Source of the DNA: Candidatus Sericytochromatia bacterium
Lineage (GTDB): Bacteria; Cyanobacteriota; Sericytochromatia; S15B-MN24; JAQBPE01
Assembly (NCBI GenBank): GCA_035285125.1
Contig: JAYKHR010000050.1
Span: 1 to 10,343 of the forward strand
DNA length: 10,343 nt
Reading direction: 5' to 3'
Below, one piece after another: positions 1 to 5,970 of this stretch. A program made the position numbers and the translations under genes. Numbering within the stretch: the stretch's first letter is position 1; every line of letters starts with the position of its first letter. The notes under the pieces were generated by a model. That model was not told the origin of the DNA and ran no database searches. It worked only from the letters and a program-made list of their open reading frames with translations.

Positions 1-319
1 CGAGCACGGCCTTCGGGAACTTGTTGGCCTCCAGCGCCAGCAGCGCGTTGCCGTCGCGGTTCTTGTTGCCGGAGTCCAGCGTCAGGAGCGGCAGCTTGAT
101 CTTGAGCGGGGTGGCGAGCCTGTCTCCCTTGACGGCCACGCGGCCCTCGAGCCTGCCCGAGGCACCGAGCACCTTGTGCATCGGGTGGACGAGGCGGTAC
201 TCGACGCGGGTGCCCGCGCCGAGGTCGTAGCTGGTGTCCGGGAAGGCCGCGCGGGCGGGGGCGGCCAGCAGGGCGAGGGCGAGGGCCGCCAGGGCGGCTT
301 GGCGCAGGGGCATGGTCAT
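1..319 (-). CDS. YceI-family secreted lipid/polyisoprenoid-binding protein (3' end runs off the window)
   Basis: Not in the ORF track because it is truncated. Manual translation from ATG 319: MTMPLRQAALAALALALLAAPARA|AFPDTSYDLGAGTRVEYRLVHPMHKVLGASGRLEGRVAV...IKLPLLTLDSGNKNRDGNALLALEANKFPKAVL. It has an AxA signal peptide and the YceI-type 'DSGNxxRD...FP' motif. The start overlaps the upstream stop (ATGA at 316-319). Alternative start at 313. Confidence 0.8.
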   Translation of the reverse strand, partial: MTMPLRQAALAALALALLAAPARAAFPDTSYDLGAGTRVEYRLVHPMHKVLGASGRLEGRVAVKGDRLATPLKIKLPLLTLDSGNKNRDGNALLALEANKFPKAVL

Positions 320-900
320 TCTCCGAAGGCGACGGCCGCCGCGGAGGTGGCCATCAGACCGAGCGTCGCGTAGCTCGCGAGCCCGTGGGTCGAGGTGAGC
401 TGGCCGGGGTTGACGACGTTGGCGAGGCCGAGGCCCACGGTGCTGGCCATGCCGGCCAGGTGCAGCCAGGCGAGGCCGCGGTGGAGCTCGATGCCGCTGA
501 AGGGCCTCGACGCCCCCGGCAGCGGCGGCGGCGTGGTGAAGGCCAGCGTGCCTGTGGCCAGGTAGAGCCCCGTCGTCAGGCCCGCCGCCGCGAGGTGGAG
601 GCTGCGCAGGTCCAGCGTGGCCGCCGGGTTGTGGGTGCTCGCGTAGCCGAGCGAGGCCGTCACGGCCATCATCCCGAGCGTGCCGAGGGCCAGGCCCTGG
701 TGCAGCTGGAGCTGGTGGGCCCGGATGCCGAAGGTGGTGGCGTCGAAGGCGGGGCCCTCGTCCTCGTCGTCGTCGGAGGCAGCCGCGGCGGGCGCTGGCC
801 GGGGCGCCTCCTCGGCCAGGGCGGGGGGCGCGAGCAGCCCGACGGCGAGGGCGGCCGCGAGGGCCCCGCGCGTCCAGGCGTGGGGAGGTGACATGGTCAT
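316..900 (-). CDS. Signal-peptide-bearing 4-TM membrane protein with a His at the start of each helix; putative cytochrome b561-like di-heme protein (194 aa)
   Basis: C-terminal part of ORF 316..1230. The likely start is ATG 900, preceded by GGAGG (GCAGGAGGATTCCCC-ATG). Signal peptide ends ...PPALA, followed by an acidic linker DDDEDE and four hydrophobic segments beginning QLHQG, SLHLA, ELHRG and STHGL. The CDS is well supported; the product is an inference. Confidence 0.65.
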   Translation of the reverse strand: MTMSPPHAWTRGALAAALAVGLLAPPALAEEAPRPAPAAAASDDDEDEGPAFDATTFGIRAHQLQLHQGLALGTLGMMAVTASLGYASTHNPAATLDLRSLHLAAAGLTTGLYLATGTLAFTTPPPLPGASRPFSGIELHRGLAWLHLAGMASTVGLGLANVVNPGQLTSTHGLASYATLGLMATSAAAVAFGE

Positions 901-921
901 GGGGAATCCTCCTGCCTGCGC

Positions 922-927
922 ATTATG
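922..927 (-). promoter_or_regulatory. Putative sigma70 -10 element (CATAAT) for the cytochrome-b-like/yceI operon
   Basis: Reverse complement of attatg (922-927). It is an AT-rich hexamer in a GC-rich divergent spacer, just upstream of the GGAGG RBS. Confidence 0.45.
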
Positions 928-1026
928 CCCCGGCGGTCGGGGGCCCAACCGGGGGCTGCGGCTCGCCGGCGCCGGCTCCCCTGCCGCCCCGCAGGCTCGG
1001 ACCCGCTCCCCGGGAGCCGCCCACGC

Positions 1027-1035
1027 TGGTACACT
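1027..1035 (+). promoter_or_regulatory. Putative extended -10 promoter (TGnTACACT) for the heptose kinase gene
   Basis: TGGTACACT lies about 40 nt upstream of ATG 1075. The same TACACT hexamer precedes the gene at 9628. Confidence 0.5.
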
Positions 1036-1074
1036 GAAGCCGCCCGCCCCCGCCGCTCGCCCGCTGGAGCCCCG

Positions 1075-2115
1075 ATGCTGTTCGACCTCTCGCCCGCCCG
1101 CTTCGACGCCCTGACCACGGCCTTCCCCAGCGCCCGCGTGCTGGTGGTCGGCGACCTCTTCGCCGACGAGTACGTGCGGGGCGAGGTCACGCGCATCTCG
1201 CGCGAGGCCCCCGTGCTGATCCTCGCCCACCGCGAGAGCCGGGTGTTCCCGGGCGGCGCGGCCAACGCGGCCGCGAACATCGCGAGCCTCGGCGGCCGCG
1301 TCGAGATGGCCGGCGTGGTGGGGGCCGACACCATGGCGCCCCAGCTGCGCGACGAGCTCGAGCAGCGGGGCGTCGGCACGGCCCTGACGCTCGCCGACGC
1401 CAGCCGGCCCACCACCACCAAGAGCCGCATCTCAGCCTCATCGCTGCAGTCCGTGACGCAGCAGATCGTGCGGGTCGACCGCGAGGACCGGGGCCCCATC
1501 GCGCCCGCGCTCGAGGACGCACTGCTCGCCGCAATCGAGGCCCGCATCAGGGACTTCGACGCCGTGCTGCTCTCCGACTACGGCAACGGCGTGCTCACGC
1601 CGCGGGTGATCGCAGGCGTGCTCGCCCTCGCGGAGGCGGCCGGCACGATCGTGACGGTGGACTCGCAGGGCGACCTGCGCCGCTTCCCGGGGGCCTGGGT
1701 CCTCACGCCGAACCAGCCCGAGGCCGAGGCCGTGGTCGGCTTCCCGATCACGGACGCCGAGAGCCTGCACCGCGCAGGCCGCCAGCTGCTAGCCGACGCC
1801 CGCTCGCGCAGCATGCTCATCACCCGCGGCGGCCACGGCATGGCGCTGTTCGAGGCCAGCGGCGAGACCACGGAGATCCCGGCCTTCAACCGCTCCGAGG
1901 TCTTCGACGTCACGGGTGCTGGCGACACGGTGGTCGGCACGCTGACGCTGGCGCTGGCCGCGGGCGCGAGCCTCAAGGAGGCGATCGTGCTGGCGAACGT
2001 GGCGGCCAGCATCGTGGTGCGGCGCTTCGGCACCAGCGTGACGACCCGCGAGGAGGTCACCGAGGCCTTCCAGGCCTTGGCCGCCCAGCCCACGCCGGAG
2101 GCCCGGACCCGCTGA
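1075..2115 (+). CDS. rfaE1: D-glycero-beta-D-manno-heptose-7-phosphate kinase (HldA / RfaE domain I), PfkB family, 346 aa
   Basis: Motifs VLVVGDLFADEY, RISREAPV, PGGAANAAANIASLG, LSDYGNGVL, LTPNQPEAE and VFDVTGAGDTV. GGAG at 1066-1069 precedes ATG 1075. There is no C-terminal HIGH-type nucleotidyltransferase domain. Confidence 0.92.
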   Translation: MLFDLSPARFDALTTAFPSARVLVVGDLFADEYVRGEVTRISREAPVLILAHRESRVFPGGAANAAANIASLGGRVEMAGVVGADTMAPQLRDELEQRGVGTALTLADASRPTTTKSRISASSLQSVTQQIVRVDREDRGPIAPALEDALLAAIEARIRDFDAVLLSDYGNGVLTPRVIAGVLALAEAAGTIVTVDSQGDLRRFPGAWVLTPNQPEAEAVVGFPITDAESLHRAGRQLLADARSRSMLITRGGHGMALFEASGETTEIPAFNRSEVFDVTGAGDTVVGTLTLALAAGASLKEAIVLANVAASIVVRRFGTSVTTREEVTEAFQALAAQPTPEARTR

Positions 2116-2126
2116 GGGCCTCCGGC

Positions 2127-2576
2127 TCAGGCCAGGAAGCGGCGCACGGCGGGAGGCAGCAGCTGCGTGAAGGCGATCCGCCCGGGCCCAGCCAGCAGGA
2201 TGGCCAGGGCCATCGTGAGCAGCGCGAGGTTGTACTCGTAGCCCCCGCCCTGGGCCGAGAAGCCGTTTTTGCCGTGCACGAGGGCGATCGCACCCGCCAT
2301 GATGACGACCAGGCTGGCCGCCGAGAAGCGGCTCAGGAAGCCGACCAGCAGCCCCAGTCCGCCAAAAAATTCGCCGATGGCGACCAGGTAGCCGAGCACC
2401 GGGCCGAGGTTCTGCACCAGCTGGGCCATGCCCTGGCCCCCGAACAGGCCGAACAGCTTCTGGCCGCCGTGAAAGATAAAGACGGCCGCAAGCCCGGCCC
2501 GCACGCTCAGCAAGGCGAGATCGACGGGGCCGACCAGCGGGGGGCGGGTGGCCGAGGAGAGCGAGCCGAGGGACAT
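2127..2576 (-). CDS. DoxX family membrane protein (149 aa)
   Basis: Motifs 'VRAGLAAVFIFHGGQKLFG', 'EFFGGLGLLVGFLSR', 'GGYEYNL' and 'GPGRIA'. RBS GGGAGG upstream of the ATG. Confidence 0.93.
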   Translation of the reverse strand: MSLGSLSSATRPPLVGPVDLALLSVRAGLAAVFIFHGGQKLFGLFGGQGMAQLVQNLGPVLGYLVAIGEFFGGLGLLVGFLSRFSAASLVVIMAGAIALVHGKNGFSAQGGGYEYNLALLTMALAILLAGPGRIAFTQLLPPAVRRFLA

Positions 2577-2611
2577 TGGAGAGACCTCCCAAACAGGACC
2601 GGGGCGGCGCC

Positions 2612-2617
2612 ATCATA
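2612..2617 (-). promoter_or_regulatory. Putative -10 element (TATGAT) for the doxX-like gene
   Basis: Reverse complement of atcata (2612-2617), 35 nt upstream of the ATG. The identical hexamer sits at a similar distance upstream of the gene starting at 9539. Confidence 0.5.
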
Positions 2618-2719
2618 GCGCACGCGGCGCCAGCCGCATGTGACGGCGCCGGGGCCGGCTGGCGCGACGGGCCCGGACAGCGCATGATGAGGTCTGTCGC
2701 CCCCCTGCTGGAGAGCTGC

Positions 2720-4357
2720 ATGAACGTCCACTGGATCGACTACGCCATCTTGGCCACGTACGCGTGTTTCGTCGTGGGCATCGGGCTGGTGCTGAAGCGC
2801 AAGGTCACGGACGCCGAGTCCTTCTTCATCGCCGGCCGCCAGATCCCGGCGTGGATCACGGGCCTGGCCTTCCTGTCTGCCAACCTGGGCGCCCTCGAGG
2901 TAATGGGCATGGCGGCCAACGGGGCCAAGTACGGCCTGTTGACCAACCACTTCTACTGGGTGGGCGCGATCCCGGCGATGGTGTTCGTGGGCGTCTTCAT
3001 GATGCCCTTCTACTACGGCTCGAAGGCGCGCAGCGTGCCCGAGTACCTGAAGCTGCGCTTCGACGAGAAGACCCGCGGCCTCAACGCGCTCACCTTCGCC
3101 GGCATGACCGTGCTGGCCTCCGGCATCAACATGTTCGCGATGGCGAAGGTGTTCCAGCTCTTGCTCGGTTGGTCGATGGATGCGAGCATCCTCGTCTCCG
3201 CCCTCGTGGTGCTCGCCTACACGATCACGGGCGGCCTGGCCTCGTCGATTTACAACGAGGTGCTGCAATTCTTCTTGATCGTCTTCGGCTTCTTGCCCCT
3301 CGTGCTGCTCGGCCTGCACGACGTCGGGGGCTGGCAGGGGCTCTCGGCCAAGCTCCCGGAGGGCTTCATCCACGCCTGGTCGGGCCTCGGCAGCGCGGCA
3401 GGCAACCCGATGGGCATCGAGTGGTTCGGCATGGTCATGGGGCTCGGCTTCGTGCTGTCCTTCGGCTACTGGTGCACGGACTTCCTCGTCGTGCAGCGCG
3501 CGATGGCCGCCGAGGACATGACGGCCGCCCGCAACACGCCGCTGATCGCGGCGGTGCCGAAGATGCTCTTCCCCTTCCTCGTGATCACGCCGGGCCTCAT
3601 CGCCCTCGCCCTGACGCTGCACCCGGCCGCCGGCGCGGCGCCGCTGCTGCAGAAGCTGCCGGACGGCACCTGGGACTACAACAACGCGCTGCCGATGCTG
3701 ATGGGCCACTACTACCCGACGGGCCTGCTCGGGCTGGGCCTCACGGCCCTGCTCGCCTCGTTCATGTCGGGCATGGCCGGCAACGTCACGGCCTTCAACA
3801 CCGTCTGGACCTACGACATCTACCAGGCCTACCTCCGGAAGGAGGCGCCCGACGCCCACTACCTCTGGATGGGCCGGGTCGCCACCGTCGTGGGCATCGC
3901 GCTCTCCGTGGGTGCAGCCTACATGGCGATGAACTTCAACAACATCATGGACTACCTGCAGCTGCTGTTCTCGTTCTTCAACGCGCCGCTGTTCGCCACC
4001 TTCCTGCTCGGCATGTTCTGGCAGCGCGCGACGGGCCACGGCGCCTTCTGGGGCCTGATGGCCGGCACCGTGGCGGCGATGGGGCACTACGCCGCCATCA
4101 AGGCCGGCGTGACGAGCTACCCCTCCGACATGGCCGGCAACTTCTACGGCGCCATCTATGCCTTCGTCGTGTGCCTGGCCGGCACGATCACCATCAGCCT
4201 CGTGACGCGGCCCCGCCCGGCCGAGGAGCTCGCCGGGCTCGTTTGGAGCCTCACGCCCCGCCCGGAGAGCCGGGACGTGGCCTGGCACCGCCGGCCTGCG
4301 GTCGTCGGGGCCGTGGTGCTCGCCCTGACCGTCGCCCTCAACCTCATGTTCTGGTAG
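2720..4357 (+). CDS. Sodium:solute symporter (SSS/SLC5 family), 545 aa; substrate uncertain, possibly sugar or polyol
   Basis: About 14 hydrophobic segments. Motifs 'FFIAGRQIP', 'SVPEYLKLRF', 'YTITGGL', 'YWCTDFLVVQRAMAA' and 'LLASFMSG'. The start is reassigned to ATG 2720 with a GGAGAG RBS at 2710-2715. Confidence 0.95.
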   Translation: MNVHWIDYAILATYACFVVGIGLVLKRKVTDAESFFIAGRQIPAWITGLAFLSANLGALEVMGMAANGAKYGLLTNHFYWVGAIPAMVFVGVFMMPFYYGSKARSVPEYLKLRFDEKTRGLNALTFAGMTVLASGINMFAMAKVFQLLLGWSMDASILVSALVVLAYTITGGLASSIYNEVLQFFLIVFGFLPLVLLGLHDVGGWQGLSAKLPEGFIHAWSGLGSAAGNPMGIEWFGMVMGLGFVLSFGYWCTDFLVVQRAMAAEDMTAARNTPLIAAVPKMLFPFLVITPGLIALALTLHPAAGAAPLLQKLPDGTWDYNNALPMLMGHYYPTGLLGLGLTALLASFMSGMAGNVTAFNTVWTYDIYQAYLRKEAPDAHYLWMGRVATVVGIALSVGAAYMAMNFNNIMDYLQLLFSFFNAPLFATFLLGMFWQRATGHGAFWGLMAGTVAAMGHYAAIKAGVTSYPSDMAGNFYGAIYAFVVCLAGTITISLVTRPRPAEELAGLVWSLTPRPESRDVAWHRRPAVVGAVVLALTVALNLMFW

Positions 4358-4367
4358 GAGGCCTGTC

Positions 4368-4574
4368 ATGCTGGATCTTCGCTGGCCGATCGGCCTGTTG
4401 TTCACGCTCGTCGGCCTGATGCTGGCCGGCTGGGGGCTGGCCCGCCCGCACGGGACGCTGCCCGTGACGCTGGCCGTCGACCTCAACCTGGGCTGGGGCC
4501 TGGTGATGACGCTGTTCGGCGCCGCGATGACGGGCTGGGCTGCCCTCGCGCCGGCCCCCGACGACGGCCCCTGA
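4368..4574 (+). CDS. Small 2-TM membrane protein (68 aa), probable accessory partner of the symporter
   Basis: Starts 10 nt after the symporter stop, with RBS AGGAGG overlapping the TAG. Sequence MLDLRWPIGLLFTLVGLML...DLNLGWGLVMTLFGAAM has two hydrophobic helices. Confidence 0.8.
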   Translation: MLDLRWPIGLLFTLVGLMLAGWGLARPHGTLPVTLAVDLNLGWGLVMTLFGAAMTGWAALAPAPDDGP

Positions 4575-4594
4575 GCCCGCCGCACTCAAGAATT

Positions 4595-4621
4595 CCCCAG
4601 GGGTGCCGATGCACCCTGGGG
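4595..4621. terminator. Stem-loop downstream of the symporter operon (possible terminator or mRNA stabiliser)
   Basis: CCCCAGGGGTGC-CGAT-GCACCCTGGGG: an 11-bp stem with one bulged G, 20 nt after the stop at 4574. No U-tract follows. Confidence 0.45.
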
Positions 4622-4666
4622 GCTGCCTTGCGCGTCAGCGGCCGCCCCCACTGAAAGAGGACCCTG

Positions 4667-5680
4667 ATGCTCCGTCGTACCCTGCTCGCTGCGCCGCTCG
4701 CGGCCGTCGCCCTGGCGGCCTGCAACACGTCGTCCCCCACCAGCCAGCCTGTCGGCGTGCAGACCTCGTCCATCCCGCTGCTGATCGCCCCTGTGGGCGC
4801 CTCGCTGGCCCCGGACAGCTCGTCGGAGACGGGAGGCTGCCTCCCGGACACGTCGCGCAGCAGCACCCGGCCCCCGGCCGCCAGCAGCGGCCCCTTCTTC
4901 CGGGACGACTTCAACGGCGACGTGTTGGACGGCAGCCGCTGGGTCACGCTGGACAATGACGGCGTCGTGCTCGTGCAAAACGGCCGCCTGCTGATGGTTG
5001 GCACCGGCAGCCGCAACTTCCCGAGGCTCATCTCACGCGTGGAGGTGTTTCCGAGCAGTGGGCCACGCTTCCTCGAGCTGCGCTATGAGCTCCTGACCGA
5101 TGGCTGGGTGCCGGGCTTCAACCTGGATTACCTGCCCGCGATGCGGCCTGGAGAGCGCGCGCTGGAGCGACCGTTCGCGTCCTCTCGGCCCTTCTATTCG
5201 GGGCTGATGATTTCCATCTCTCCCTTCGATCAGGCTTCCAACACCCCGGGTCCCGACAACACGTGCGTCCCCGGCAAGCCTCACACCTTCCGCATCGAGG
5301 TCGATGCCGAGGAGAACCACCGCTTCATCATCGATGACCGCGAGGTCACCAAGCACCCGGGACCAGGCAGGCCCGTGCGCAACTTCTGGATCGGCAACGA
5401 GCTGTTCCCGACCGGGGAGCCACTGGTCTGGTCCAAGCTGGCGATCGACTACTTCGAGACGGGCAAGCTGACCAAGCCGGCTGACGCGCGGCCGCTGAAC
5501 GAACCCATCCCCGTTGCCCCAGCGCCGGTCGCCCCGGAGCCGGTGGGCCCTCCGTCCCCCGTCCCGGCGCCCGGGGAGGCCTCCGGCGCTCCTTCACCTG
5601 CGGCACCCGCCACGGCACCGGCGCCGAGCCCGACGGCCAAGCCGGCGGCCGACGACCCCGCTTCGCCGACCGTCTCCTGA
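4667..5680 (+). CDS. Hypothetical lipoprotein (337 aa) with a probable beta-sandwich (ConA/LamG-like) core and a Pro/Ala-rich tail
   Basis: RBS AGAGGA. Signal MLRRTLLAAPLAAVALAA|C19 has the lipobox LAAC, followed by a Ser/Thr-rich linker. 'FFRDDFNGDVLDGSRW', 'HTFRIEV...FIIDD' and 'LAIDYF' resemble the first, middle and last strands of ConA-like folds. Confidence 0.75.
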   Translation: MLRRTLLAAPLAAVALAACNTSSPTSQPVGVQTSSIPLLIAPVGASLAPDSSSETGGCLPDTSRSSTRPPAASSGPFFRDDFNGDVLDGSRWVTLDNDGVVLVQNGRLLMVGTGSRNFPRLISRVEVFPSSGPRFLELRYELLTDGWVPGFNLDYLPAMRPGERALERPFASSRPFYSGLMISISPFDQASNTPGPDNTCVPGKPHTFRIEVDAEENHRFIIDDREVTKHPGPGRPVRNFWIGNELFPTGEPLVWSKLAIDYFETGKLTKPADARPLNEPIPVAPAPVAPEPVGPPSPVPAPGEASGAPSPAAPATAPAPSPTAKPAADDPASPTVS

Positions 5681-5749
5681 AAGTTTCCACAAAGGGCAGC
5701 GACGCGTTCAAGGCTGAATTCACCGGAATTTAACCGGGGATCGCGAGCT

Positions 5750-5775
5750 TGAAACCCGCCTGCAACCGGCCCGTC
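5750..5775 (+). promoter_or_regulatory. Putative ECF sigma factor promoter TGAAAC-N16-CGTC
   Basis: TGAAAC (5750-5755), a 16-nt spacer, then CGTC (5772-5775). This matches the established SigM/SigW-type ECF consensus TGAAAC-N16-CGT(C/A). Confidence 0.5.
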
Positions 5776-5857
5776 GGACATCAAACCCGTGAGCGCCGAG
5801 CGCCCGAGGCCAGTCCCCCCGAGCGCCAGCACGTCAGGTCCAACGCGCCACCCCACG

Positions 5858-5925
5858 TTCCCAACTCCATACTCTCCCAACTCCAACTTCACTCTCTCTC
5901 AACTCCCACTCTCCCAAACTCCAAC
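5858..5925. repeat. G-free, C-rich low-complexity tract containing an imperfect ~26-nt direct duplication
   Basis: No G between 5858 and 5925 (68 nt). CAACTCCATACTCTCCCAACTCCAAC (5862-5887) resembles CAACTCCCACTCTCCCAAACTCCAAC (5900-5925). Confidence 0.85.
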
Positions 5926-5959
5926 GACCGGGCGGCCTGCGAGGGCCGCCCGGTCGTTT
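5923..5959. terminator. Perfect 15-bp hairpin, probable (bidirectional) terminator
   Basis: AACGACCGGGCGGCC (5923-5937), loop TGCGAG, GGCCGCCCGGTCGTT (5944-5958). It lies 12 nt beyond the aceA stop, between convergent units. U-tracts are short on both strands. Confidence 0.8.
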
Positions 5960-5970
5960 GGGGCCCGGGC

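Larger units (their letters stand above)
5782..5960 (+). ncRNA. Candidate small RNA (~180 nt) with a C/U/A-only tract
   Basis: Bounded by the ECF-like promoter and the 15-bp hairpin, with no credible ORF inside. It contains GAGCGCC x3 and a G-free tract with six CUCC. The ends are inferred. Confidence 0.4.

Noticed and set aside
901..1230. N-terminal extensions of ORFs 316..1230 and 925..2115 (similarly 2576..2719 and 7261..7608)
   Set aside because: Downstream ATGs with good RBSs (900, 1075, 2720, 7260) match family N-termini, and the extensions overlap neighbouring genes or promoters.
2507..4585. 692-aa antisense ORF opposite the symporter, and the 551-aa + frame ORF 2764..4419
   Set aside because: These are shadow ORFs caused by high-GC codon bias. 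They have no recognisable motifs and fully overlap a confident gene.
5858..5925. CRISPR array or tRNA interpretation of the intergenic repeats
   Set aside because: There are only two imperfect low-complexity copies separated by 12 nt, no spacer-sized unique sequences, no cas genes, and no cloverleaf or TTCGA arm.
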